Source of the DNA: Lytechinus pictus
Lineage: Eukaryota
Direction of reading: 5' to 3'
NCBI RefSeq assembly: GCF_037042905.1
Contig: NC_087252.1
Coordinates: forward strand, 6,202,001 to 6,266,000
DNA length: 64,000 nt
Shown here piece after piece: positions 1 to 13,100 of the stretch (position 1 is its first letter; every line of letters begins with the position of its first letter). The translations under genes and the position numbers were made by a program. Under the pieces are notes generated by a model. That model made no database searches. It had not been told where the DNA came from and saw nothing but the letters and a program-made list of their open reading frames with translations.

Positions 1-216
1 TAGGAAGTAGGCTTTGATGGAAATGCCAACGTATATATTCTTTTTGCCAAAGAAATCGGCGCTCATGCGATGAAAATGATGTTGATTTAAAAAATAAAAC
101 GAAAGCAAGTACAGTAATATTCCAATGCGATTTCCATATACATTCCTTTCTTCTTCTCTTCTCCGTCTTTTTCTACATTCCTCCTTTCTCCAATTTCCCT
201 TTCTCTTTATATCATC

Positions 217-459
217 TACACTGTAAAAACTGCGGTGTTAAAACTGACACCAGTTGGTGTTAATAGAGGACCACACCCCGAGGTGTTAAAATTACACCCT
301 AGAGATTAAAAATAACACCAAAGCGTGTAAATGTAACAACCAACGGTGTTGTAATGACACCTATAGGTGTAAAACTAACACCACCAATTCAACACCGGTG
401 TAAAATAACTGGTGTGGTCCTCTATGTACACCGGTTAACACCACAGGTTTTGCTGTGTA
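217..459. mobile_element. MITE (non-autonomous DNA transposon) with ~25-bp imperfect TIRs and TA ends
   Basis: Left end TACACTGTAAAAACTGCGGTGTTAA; right end TTAACACCACAGGTTTTGCTGTGTA (reverse complement TACACAGCAAAACCTGTGGTGTTAA); internal ACACC/GGTGT repeats. Confidence 0.75.
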
Positions 460-846
460 TATTCCTCTCCCTCTTCTTCCTCCCCTCACCCTTTTCTTCT
501 CTCCTTTTTATACTCTATTCTTCTTCTGTTCCTTTGTCCCCCTTTCCAATCATGAAGACAATCATGCCTGTCTTGCGGATCTGCTTTCTTTTCTTGAGTT
601 TGTAAATGAAAAGATAATTTGCATGAGACTTCAGAACACTACCAATATTTGGGTATAATAAAAGAACACGACCTGGAGATAACTGCATTGATTTTTCTTC
701 GTTTTTATTAGGATATAAGGATATGTAATATCTATATTCACATACATATCAATACATTATTCAAATTGAAATTCTGTGTTATCTCCGCACACACTTCTGT
801 GCGACAAAAAGAATTCCATGTCACGCAGTTGACACAGTCAAACACC

Positions 847-996
847 CGGGGCCGGTTTCATAAAACTTGCTATAATAACAAATTTACAATAACGGTTTCA
901 AGCTTCTGAAATCATTCGATTTGATTGGCTGACAGTAAACTTGTTACAGAATTTGTACTTTTGTTGTTATAACAAGTCTTTTTAACACGACACCCA
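847..996. mobile_element. Short palindromic MITE; related copy near 28620-28773
   Basis: GGTTTCATAAAACTTGCTATAATAACAA ... TTGTTATAACAAGTCTTTT inverted ends around GATTGGCTG; same layout at 28620-28773. Confidence 0.55.
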
Positions 997-3900
997 GTTG
1001 GCGTTCACTTCCTGGTGAAAGGATCAACTCTGTGTAATATAAACACAACAGCAAAAGTAAGTCCTCATATTATCAAGATTTACCTTATTTTGTGAATGAA
1101 AATGGTTTGAGTAACGTAAGTAAGTGTTCACAAAATAATTTGCCATATAGTATTAAATTTTGTGTAGAGAGACTGACTAATAATTGAACAATGAGATTGA
1201 CCGATCAAGTCATTCACAATGGAGTATTGATCAAAGACAAAATGTCACTTTCTAAAAGCCACGAGTGCCATGGAGGAAAGGAGTTGAGGGTGATAATATG
1301 ACTGCAACTTGCAAGGCTATTTACTGTTTTTTATTATAAGAAGTTATCCATGACTGTGACTTTTGAAAAATGACAATTTGCTCTGAATGCATGGTCAGTC
1401 ATGCAACGTTTCCTCGATGAGGTTATGACACTCCTGCCCGATCATTCTGCTCATGCATGTCCAGTGCAGGAATCTCCCAAAACTCGTAGAAGATGCAGGA
1501 CAATAATTTTTTTTTCACATTTGACACAAAGACATCTCCAAAGGTTTACAACAACAAAAAATGTGATAATCATTACTGGATCTTCAACAAAATTCAACAT
1601 CAAAACAATGGTTTACATCATTAGCATTGTACATACTATGTGCCCATCCAATGGTCGTTGACCCTCAGTTGGTAATGCCATCACTGTCTATTGTCCACAA
1701 ATGATTAAGGTCTTGGCACATGTACAGTGCGTATAAAAAGTAATCAAAATAGAGCTCTACAGAGTTAAAAAAAAAGTTAAGAAGAGTCATGCTTAAATGC
1801 CAACTCGCACATGATATAACACACATTCTCATAGACAAATTTGGCATATCTGCATTGACCCTTGACAATCAACCCTCTCCATTGGATTACATGTACTTGT
1901 ACAAATACCACATTTTCATACATGCATCATTCCTATGCAAGCGGGAACACTAGAGTAATGACATCACCGATAGAGGGCCAAACACATAATTTGGCAGTGG
2001 ATTCATTCTGTACAACACATCAGTAATGAATATTCATGAAATAAATTGATAATAAATGCCTCACCCCATGGTTCATAGGCTTTGTTTTAAGATAATATCA
2101 AAAGACTCAAATACTACGTTTCTCTCTAATTTTGTTATTGTCACATTGATCACAATCAAATTTCTGTACACTATATGCATTTCCCATAGACCCCAGCCAA
2201 AGTTACCTTGGGCATAGGGCTCAATGAGTTCAAGTGATATGTTGACTTAAACCTACATTTATTAGCTGCATCCCGACATCAATAGCATTTATAATACATA
2301 TTGAGCAAATATGATGCCCTGGCAATTCAGGAACCCCATTAAAAAGAAAATTGATTGCAACTATAATCATATACCCAGATTAATTCAATTAAAGCAGGCC
2401 TGGGTTAAATTAAGCCCCGACTTCAGAAAACGGGCCACTTAGTCTATACAGGTAGATGAACTGTTTACGAATCAAATTTTTATCTGAGAAAGTAAAACAT
2501 ACATCTAGACAAGAAGGAAATTACAACAGAGCTTTAGGTTACATTAGAATTTAGTATACATGGGTATTAAACCATGCGTAGTGTTGATCAAATTGCAATA
2601 GGACCAAATAGTCAACCAACTGCAGTAGTTCTAGCCCGTGTAGTGTTATCTGACTATCTGAGAAGTATAACAACTGCTTGAAGGTTAAATTAATATAAAG
2701 AATTTATGAATGTTTACTCTTTAAGAGGGAAGGCAGGTAAATACTGTAATATTATTTATTGCGTTTCAGCAGTGTCATATATAATCATGAAATACATGTA
2801 ACGTGAATGCAAACAAATAGTTATATAATGCAGCAGGCAAATACATACAAGACAAGTTAGCGGGAGAGGATAGTGCTAACTTTTTACATCTATAACATGT
2901 TTCATGTGGGTAACATGTTTAATTATCAATATGATTTATTACATATTTGATATGGGTTATGTCATATGGGGGGAAAAACTTGACTTTTTTTAATGCTTAA
3001 TTTTCCCAACTACAGTCGGCAACCATTGCCAACGCTGGCATGCTACTATTAACCATAGGCAATACACCACCTGAATATTTAGTGATTTTAATATTCCAAC
3101 TCATTTTTCATATTAACACTCTAATAATAATCATAAAATTGCATGTGTCACACAAATGTTTGGCTTCATTCTATCACTGAAGAAATTTGATTTTCTAAGT
3201 AAATCATAATATTATTCATAATTTTCTGTTTTGCGATAAAACACAATACTGCAGACAAGGGCTTCATCAGGTAATGTAAGTCAACTTCCCATAAATCAAG
3301 TGTCCACCCAAGACAAGGCATTATCAGAGCAGCTAATGCAAATAAACTACATGTATAACATCTGTTATTTATCATTTCCTTAGTCAAATTTTTCCCAATT
3401 CGTACACATTTCTGTTGTCAGTAAAGATTTTACCTTTCAAAATTTACATACTGGTTGATCTCGGGGGAGGGGGGACCACTTGCAGCTGTGAAATCTAATT
3501 CAACTCAAAAGTGCTGAATTGAATCATTCTCAGATTTGAGTGGCTATGTGTGTAAATAGACATAATCGTATGAGGGGGAATACAGAGCTAGCAAACATCA
3601 TGAAAATTATAGTGCCCCTCAATTTTATACTTGAACATGAGAACACGTATGTGTGTCATGAATTGAAGACAATGAACTGAAGATCCAAGGACATATGTAA
3701 GCAATCAAAATTTACGACTTTGAAAAGCAAATATTGAACATATAACCAGAGTGGTTTGGGTTTTTCGTAGTAGAAATCGGCATAGATAATTGTTATCATT
3801 TGTCTACAATTCTTGAAGAAAAGCCAGAATGTGGGAACATTCTGCTATATTTTCATTTGTTGCAAAGACATTAATCTTGATTGCAGGAAATATATTGGCA

Positions 3901-5060
3901 TTGCCAAAATGTTGCAACATCTATGACCCTTTCACATATTACTGTGTAATAATTCATTCAGCTTCAGTGTAATCGTTTTCAATGGATCGTGCTTGCATAT
4001 TGTAGACTGCTTCCAAATTGGAAGTTCCTATCATTTTGATGGTGTTAAATGGCTGCAAATTTAATCTGTATACATCCAAGTTTCAAAGGACTAGCATTGC
4101 CTATTAAAAGTCTATAAACCAGCAAAAAAGGTATGACCTCAAAGAGTAGCGTTACACAGCAGTACGTGAAAGGGCCTACTGGAGACATTCATATTTCCAA
4201 GAAAAAAAAACTGTCTTGGTATTTTTATGCTGAATGTTAACAAAGCAAATTACAAAGTTAATTGAAAACACACTCATAACACTATTGTTGACACAGAAAA
4301 AGGTAACACATGACATAAAAGTTGTTATAAAGAATAAGAAAGAGCAAAACATACATGTAGATGCATTATTCCAAAATGAATTGAGTAGATTCATTTCATT
4401 TTGTCTTTGAAATAACTATTTCAGATTTACAAAGAAAATGCTCTTAAAAACTTGGCATTGCAAATTCCATCTTTTTTTAAAAATTTTAAACAGTGCTGCA
4501 AGAGTCTGTTGAGATTACTAACCCCCCCCCCCCCCCCCCCGGCCAAACAAAAATAATGCACTAAACTAGGGGCAAAGGGAAACTTGCCCCAAGAAAAAAA
4601 AAATTCCTTGTGTTAAGTTGCAAAATTAGCAGATGGATTCAGAATAAAGTATCACGAGGTATGAACAAAAGAAGGAAAAAGTCACCCAATTCAGAAAATA
4701 TTATATTATCTATCACTCCATTCATTTTTTAGATAAGACATTTTTTACCGCAAAAAACAAATAGAGCTCACTGGCACTCTGTGAGCAGTTGTCAGACTTA
4801 CTGGCCACAATACCCACAGAATATGTGAAGAAGTTGATGGGTGACTGATGAAGAAGACATAGAAAGGGTTAACCAATATTTGCCGGGTCTAACCCACTTC
4901 CGAGAGATAGTATTGCTCAAAAGATGTAAGAAAATTGCTAGGAAAATAGAACAGGGAAAATGCACCTGGTTAGACAGAGCACAGTTAACTAAAGGGTAAA
5001 TTTATGAAATCCATGTCATTCAATATGAGAAGCATTTACAGTTATTATGGGTGGATTCCA

Positions 5061-5435
5061 CTATGACCAAAGCATCATGACTGCTTTGGTGAGGCCGACA
5101 TCGTTATAGTTGAAGTAGCAGAGACCGGCAAAAGATAATGCTGAGATGGCGGTGAGGGAGGCATTTGCGACCTTTGACATCGTCTCGCCGTGGATGTAAT
5201 CCAAGAAGACCTGCTCCATTCCCCTGTGGAAAGGATCGCGTAAAAAGAGAATGACGTGATAAAAGAAATCTACACAACAGAGTTTGTAAATTGAAGACAA
5301 GGTGGCCTACTGCAATGAACTTACCATAAAACTCCTACTATTAAACAAATTGCTGATTGCCTGACAATATTAATAATCAAACATTATCCCATAATCTGAC
5401 CAAGTACCATTATCTACTACTACTTTTTCTACAAA

Positions 5436-5480
<45 letters not shown>

Positions 5481-5637
5481 ATGTACTACTACTACTACTA
5501 ATTCTACTACTACTACTACCACCACCACCACCCCTTCACTTCTAATACTACCACTGGGACTACTGTTTAACTAAGAGTGCATTACTACTCCTACTACATG
5601 AAGTACATGTAGTACTGCATGTACTATTACTACTACA

Positions 5638-5728
<91 letters not shown>

Positions 5729-8700
5729 AGACTACTACTATTGCCACTAAAATTATTACGACTACTACTACTATTTCCGATTCTGATATTACTCTAAAAT
5801 TCTTGCATCCTTACCAATGACCATGTAACACAAGGCTTGCAGCGAGGGCATAGTCTAATGCTGGGTTCTGAATGAGGAAAGCAGCTGGGATGATCCCTAT
5901 CAGACCAACGGATAAAACTCTCTCAGCATTCCAGTGCTTGGATGGAAGTAAACCAGCACCTACAAGAGAAATAAAAAGAACACACGCTTTTTACTGGTAA
6001 CAATTGTACTTAGCTGTATTGCTCTAGGAAAAACTAAACAGGATTTAAATTAATTGATGTTTGGTATTACTTTTGAAAGTAAATGCAAAATATGGATTCC
6101 AAACAGACCTACAAATATAACTCTCTCAGCATTCCAATACTTGGAAGGAAGTCTTCACCTACATTGCACAAGAGCATGTGAAAACTTTAATAATACTTTT
6201 ACTGGTCAAAATGAAAATTTTGCAATAGCTGCATTACCTGCATTGCTTTATGAAGAATACGATAAATTGAAGTCTGGAGTTAATAAAATGTGGAATTTTG
6301 ACATTATACTGTGCATGTGGTTTCATGACTGCCTTTGCAGCCTATTTCAAATCGGGAAGAGGTATTCATACACACAAAAAGTATCCAGACTAACCCAATA
6401 AAAAATACTTTGAGCCAAATTCATCCCATGAAACACATCTCAATTTTGCAATACTGCATCCTAACTGTTTTAAAAATATTTATTCATATCATAATCTGGT
6501 AATTAATTTGAATAGGGCCTATTGAAATGCACTTGAGGGGAAAAGGGATTTACAAAAACTTCCTTTTGTTAATAAATGAAAATATGCAATTTTACATTGC
6601 CGTAACTAAATTTTGGCATAATTATAATGTTTCTTAAATAACAACTTTCCTTCTTCGGTGTTCTCGTTTATCCTGTGTTCTTCTGTGACATAATGCAATT
6701 TTAGAAAACAACTTTTCATACAGATAAAGCTTGACAAACAAAGCAAACAGGTTTGATGGGCAGATGTTTTTTTTTTAAATACACATTTGGGAGAGTTGGC
6801 TTTGATTTTCAGGGTTTTGCTGCTTAATTTGTATTTGTATTTTTTGGGGGGGGGGGACGGGGGAGGCCTGAAAATTGCATTTTCTATGAAATTCCATCAA
6901 TCCTATGTTTTTCTTGAATTCTGTTAATGGAGGAAAGCTGGGGTCTCTACCTCAGAAAATTATATTGACTTTATGGACTTTGGCTGATGCAGACGATTTC
7001 TGACCTTAATAGTGGAAAGATAATATAGAAAGGAAGAGAGAGAAAATTGGCATTCTTTCTACTTACTGTTATTGTGGTGGGTGGTGTGAAATGTGTTCAG
7101 CATGGCAGGTGAATTGGCTTGGTATGGCGACTTCAGAAATGCACTGCTCATCAGGCGTGGACTTGTCAGCAGCACTAAGATGAGGGATACAAAATTGAAA
7201 AATTTGGCTATACATGTATACCGCTTTAATACTTTAAAGTAAGTAAAATGAACTAGAGATCACATAACCAGCTTGTAGACGTACTTGTATGGTATGGTGC
7301 CCCAAGTCTGTGCAGTGCTCCTTGTCTACGCGCATCTGCATGATTCTCATTTAAAAGAAGCAAAAAAATAATAATAATAATGAATTTCAGGCATTTCATG
7401 TGAGTATGTGACAGCCTCACAATGCAGCCTTTCTCATCCAAATTCCTGAATTGTGTAAGTGAATGGGCACACAGACGTGGGACACCATTTTTTTTTTAAT
7501 TATGTAAAAATGATTGGCCGCTGATTTTTTTCTCCATGAAATCATACATTGTATATTTCTCTCAAATTTTATGAGATTTTCTGGCTCAAGTACTCATACA
7601 TGTACATACAAGGAACATTATCAGCTGATTTTTTTTGTGAAAAGAAATTTGTGTTTGATTTTATTGTTAGATACTGTGCAGATGTCAGACATGGGAGTGA
7701 TGGGACCCCGTCCCCCTTCCCTGGCTTTAGTCAATACTTACAATTTCACTTTTCAGCTGTATTTTAGAGGCCTAAATTAACAATGTGGATTTAAATCTTC
7801 ATCATCTTGAAGCAGCAGTCTTAACTTACTCTGGAAGGAGTAGAACATGTACATGTACCTGTCACCTGAATAACTAGGCCTCATTCACTATTTGGCATTG
7901 CCATGCATTGCCAATGAAAATAAGCCAATCAAAATACTGACATTTATTGTTCAAATTCAAGGCATCAGAAATCGTCTCTGAGTCATTTTGACATTTCTAA
8001 TTCAACTACTGTACTCTATTCAGTAGAGGTGCTGGTCCAAAAATTGGGATTGTCCCAGAAAACAAGGATATCCTTATAAACCACTTGGCAAATCATGTTT
8101 TAATAAATTGAGATTATCCTTTTTTATGGGGACAGTTTTTTTTTCACTTACCCCTTTGGGACATAGACGGCAATTACGGAGATTGACTGATTGAGAGTGC
8201 TAAAATTAAAAATAGATTCAGTGACCTCAATTCCCCCCAATTCACTGTCTATTTTTCACAACTTGCCGTCTTCCAATTAAGAAACCTTATAGTATACCCA
8301 GTTGTTGTGTGTCCGGACGATCAATTTTAGAAAGTCATTTGGAAAAATGTACAAGCGAAGTTCCATCAATTTTGAGTACAAAATGTTAGGAATTATAGAG
8401 AACAAAATAGAAGATGATTACAACTATTGAATTCATATTTTCAGTGTAATCTAAAGAAAAAAAAGAAAGCTTCAAAAATATAAAGTGTCCGGACACCCGG
8501 GCCTCCATCCTACATTGTCATTGACTAGCGCAATCAATTGATGTATTGTAGGCACTTGACTCTCTTATCATATGTGACAGGGGAATGAAAAATCCTAGAT
8601 TTCTTTTGTGGAGAAATGTACAAAAACTGAGACAGTCCCTGCAAGTGTAAACTGGGATGATCCATATTTTCTGACCAGCGCAGCGCGGCGGCAGTGCCTC

Positions 8701-9725
8701 TTCTCATATTCATAATTCTATCGATAATCGAGTGATGATTGGACGAGTCTTGAAATATAAATTCACAATTTAATTAATGGTCAAGAAAGCTCATTGCACA
8801 GTAACCCAGAGAGCTCCCGCCCGCGCAGCGGGCGGGAGCCCAGAAGCTTACCGTGTATTTTACCATTGTCACCGGACTAGGGTGATTTATGGTCTAAATA
8901 TTTCTCCAAATGAATTGTAAAAACGGAAAGGATACAATTACCACGATTATATGGATGAAGGTCTAACGAGTGGCAGATTCCTGACATCTGGGCACAGTCT
9001 GGAACCTCAAAAAAAACGAAAAGTTCTCTCCTTCTACCCAGTCTCGATCGGCCATTTTGTTACGATTTTTAACAAAAATGGCCGATCGAGACGGGGTAGA
9101 AGGAGAGAACTTTTCGTTTTTTTGAGGTTCCAGACTGTGCCCAGATGTCAGGAATCTGCCACTCGTTAGACCTTCATCCATATAATCGTGGTAATTGTAT
9201 ACTTTCCGTTTTCACAATTCATTTGGAGAAATATTTAGACCATAAATCACCCTAGTCCGGTGACAATGGTCAAATACACGGTAAGCTTCTGGGCTCCCGC
9301 CCGCGCACTCTCTGGGTTAATTGCACAGCAAAGATCAACATGACCAAGGCCAAAGGCAAGGCCAAGCTTCAACAGTGTTTGAAGCCATGTCCATATTGTC
9401 AATTCAACTCACACCAATTACAGGGTTATCTTGTAGTTGTACATGTATGTCTAGCACTACAAACTAATGTGTTTAACCCGGTGAATTCGTTCCTGTGCAA
9501 TTGCAATTACTTTATCACGGGATCGTGATGTCGCGATACGAAATGTGTGCCTTAGAATTGCTTTCGCCCACAATGAAAATGGCCTGCTGCGTAGGGCCAG
9601 GGGTCTCACTCTCACAGATAAAATAAAATACATGTAGGGTCTATGTATCACCAATACAATTATTCACAGGAAGAAAATATAACAATTTAATTACCTCTGG
9701 ATCTAAACAGGTTGGCCATTGCCAT
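5061..9725 (-). CDS. SDHD: Succinate dehydrogenase cytochrome b small subunit (CybS), 4 coding exons, 148 aa
   Basis: Exons 9695-9725, 7067-7174, 5815-5959, 5061-5223 total 447 nt with GT-AG introns and compatible phases. Translation [21 protein letters not shown]... (transit-peptide-like) ...[55 protein letters not shown]...[23 protein letters not shown] carries the SDHD motifs HWxxER, HGHWG, DY(I/V)HG and GLCYFNY. Confidence 0.96.
5414..5773. repeat. Compound (CTA)n microsatellite in SDHD intron 3
   Basis: Long CTA runs at 5437-5520 and 5627-5773. Confidence 0.97.
8802..9319. mobile_element. 518-bp foldback (almost fully palindromic) non-autonomous DNA transposon with 9-bp TSD, Mutator-like, in SDHD intron 1
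   Basis: Starts TAACCCAGAGAG and ends CTCTCTGGGTTA; arms are near-perfect reverse complements around ~9066; flanked by ATTGCACAG at 8793-8801 and 9320-9328. Confidence 0.9.
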
Positions 9726-10184
9726 TTTGTCGATTGGTTTTCAAACAATTTAGATCAAACTATCCTGAAAAATAGCGAATAAAATCGAAAACTTCGTCGG
9801 TGATTCCTTCTCGAAAACGACCACGAAGCGAAAGTTCGTTGACCTTATTTTGGCTGCGTCAAAGCTATGATACTTGCTTCAAGAACAAAATTTAGGTTTC
9901 AACTTTTCGTTTTTATTCTTTTTTCACTTAAGAGGTAATAATCTAGATATAGCATAAAAATTCATATAACCTCATGTATCATCATAGAAATATAGACGAT
10001 ATATTTGGTAACAATCTCACTTATTATGTATTTTCCTCATTATTAAAAAGTCTTTTATTACTTTTAGCTTATGAGAAAGACTACCAGTACATTTCCAGCC
10101 TGTCAACATGTGACATGAGTCTATGTTTGTGATGAGCGGCAATAATTTTGTTTTTAAAGATCACTTAATTTGCATGTTTGCGCG
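9726..10184. promoter_or_regulatory. Putative bidirectional promoter shared by SDHD and the glucuronokinase fusion gene
   Basis: Divergent start codons at 9725 (-) and 10185 (+) with only 459 bp between them; CpG-richer flanks at ~9780-9860 and 10280-10550. Confidence 0.7.
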
Positions 10185-13100
10185 ATGATTTGCATTATTC
10201 TTGTTGCAGGACATGGGACAATCTTAGAGAATGAAATTAAGGTTCGTAAGCTTGATAAATTTTCAATGAAGAAGCAGCTAAGCGCGAGCGTGATTTGCTG
10301 CTTGACCTGGCCTGGGGCTAGGGGTTGCTGGGTTTCGGCCAGCGGATCGTCTTCTTCTCTCCCCCAGAGGTTGGGCGGGACTTCATGGGCACGCCCCGCT
10401 GGTCTGGATGACCACGTTGCCTGGATGGATGGATCTTTTCCAATTTCGCGGCCGCTTGAATTGCTTGTCCCCCACGTTGCGTTATGTGCATGTTGGCTGA
10501 AGGTCAGCGTTGTTGGCCGGCTATGGCCGCTGTAGCTGGCACCGCGCTGGTAGTGTACTGCAGTAGTGTAGTCATGGTGGTACTACTGGCATGACTGGTA
10601 GTGGTGATGATGGGTAATGATTTTTACTCTCTAGCTAGGAGCCTCGGCTCGGCCTCATGCCCTGGCCTGGCTAGTACTTAGTACTAGTGGTGGGTAAATG
10701 CCAGGTCATGATGGTGTTGCTGTAAAGCCTGTACTGTAGTGTTGATGAGACTGAGTTGAGCTGAGCTGAGCATGCTGAGAGTGAGAGCGGGCTCAAGGCC
10801 CAAATGTGAAATGACAATTTTCCGCCGATATGGCATGAAATTAATGGTGTTCATGACATTACACAGTTGATTACTCTCTTTGGAGAATAAACAGTTAAAG
10901 AGCATTTATTTCAAGTATTGAGCCGAAATTTGTGCGCTAAAAACGGGAAAAGGAAAACACTTGCCTCCTGCCAACACTTGCCAAGTGACTTGGTCTTGGC
11001 AACTCTTGGAAGTTGGATCTAGATCTCACTGAAATCTGAATCGTGAAATTGCTACCTGTTATTTATTAGAATTGAAATGATTTTTATTGCTAATTTTTTT
11101 CATGTCAGTGAGTCGGTCCATTACCATGATTACTTAAGCTAGTTGAACGAGTCCCAATGGCGACGCAACATTGCATCAAAAACGAAAAACCATTCCTAAT
11201 GAGTAATGTTTTGACAAAGTGATAATTGGTGAAAAAGTGTTTTAGGAAAGCTAGAAAAAATTTGCAAGTGGTTATGTCACCATTTTGGCTTTGTCATGGT
11301 AAATGGCTGTGCAATGTCATTGGGCCGATCCTTGGGCAAGATAATTGAAACTCTGCATTGTTTTTATTCTTGCTATGACTATGAGCTGATATTCACTTAA
11401 CTTGGTTTCTCCTTAAATGTACAGGAAGACTCTTCAGGTAGATACAGTTCTTTGGAAGGCATCCCCAAGGCACTTCTTCCTGGAGTTGGTGGAAGAAAGA
11501 TCCTTGATTACTGGTGGGATGCGATCAATACGTGAGTATACCCCCCCCCCCCTTTCAACAACATAAAAAGTAAATTAAAGATAAAACAAATAAAAAAGAA
11601 ATAAATAAAATATTTTAAAAATATAGTAATAACTCTAAAAAAATTAAATAACTGAATAATAAGATGGACATATGATCAGGTATAGCAGTGAAATGCGCAG
11701 CATAACATCTGGATTCCGATTTCCATGATTCTCGTTAACCACCTAGTAAATAGTTTCAGACTTTCAGAGATGTCCCCATTCAGACCATTCAGCTTAATGA
11801 TGAACACTGGAAAAAAGACTTTAAAAATCTCCTTTATTTTTCTTTAAGTTGTCCAGAATACTAGATCTACATCACTTGTCCAATTCATCAGTATACTCAG
11901 ATTGTCCAAACATAAAAAAAATCTGGGAGTAAGCAACATGGAGGGAAAAGTCTATGCCTACATTTTTTTTTTCAGTAAATTGATATGAAACATTGAAACT
12001 TATATTTTCTTTAATTTTGTTTATCTTAGGAGACAACACTTCTCAGAGGTTTACTTGGTGACTAATGCTGACAAGTAAGTCTGCTTATATCTTCTCTCAC
12101 ATAATAAGGAAATGCACTTGACCTCAGGGTCATAAACCCCAAATGGATTTTTCTTTAAGTGCCATTTTCAGGGTGGTCACAAACACTGCAAAGATTTTGC
12201 AAGAGTGCAAATGGCCAAGACCAATATTTGTATTTCTCAGTTTTATATGTTGATTCTCTATGCTATTTTATTTTGTATGTTCTATACCATATTTTTAAAA
12301 ATTCAAATTTCCATCTATTTATTTATTAATTTGGACAATAAATACTACCTTATGAACATTATGAACTTGTGAATACAATGTAAAAAGTCTTTTTAATATT
12401 TTAAATTTTAGTTTGAATATTTTTGTTTTGTTTTGTTTTTTTCATATCAGATACAAGCACTATGAAAGATGGGCCACAGCTAGAGATTTTCCAGTTGACA
12501 ATATCATCAATGATGGTACTACTACATTCAATGGAAGGTACTAATGACTAAATAGAGAATGAAGGGAAGGGGGTTGGAGAACTATCATCATCGAGATCTT
12601 ATAACATTTAGCTGCACATTTAATGATCAAGCACAGCCCAAGATAATTTGAATGAACAGAGTAAAATCAACCGAGCATATCAAGTGAGATGGGAAATTAG
12701 AAAGTCATGGCAGTTAAAGTTTTGATAAATTTTGCAAATTTGGTCCCCAAATGTTTTGCGAGACTGAAATATAAGATTAAAAACAAAGGTATAAACTTTT
12801 TTTTTTCTTTTTTTTTTTCAATGTATCCCAAAAAATGGGGGGGGGGAGGGGAGTTTGGGTGGTGGTGCTGAATCAGGGATAACTACAAAGATCAATATGA
12901 GGTAACAAAAGGTCTAAAAAAATCCTGAAAGCAGAAATAAATAAATTCAATAAATTTATGAAAATACTGCACGAAGATCATACAATAGCCTATTGTATTA
13001 TCTCGGTGCACGCTTTTCATAAATTTACTTCTCTGAACAAAGAATTTACAGAATATGGCTATCAATGATGGTATCCATTTTGTGAAGAAAAGAAAAAAAA

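Noticed and set aside
1000..5060. Additional gene downstream of SDHD
   Set aside because: Only short AT-rich ORFs; likely SDHD 3' UTR or intergenic sequence.
5357..5545. Poly-leucine ORF
   Set aside because: Translation of the (CTA)n microsatellite.
8951..9181. Two 72-aa ORFs with identical ends on opposite strands
   Set aside because: Artefact of the palindromic element.
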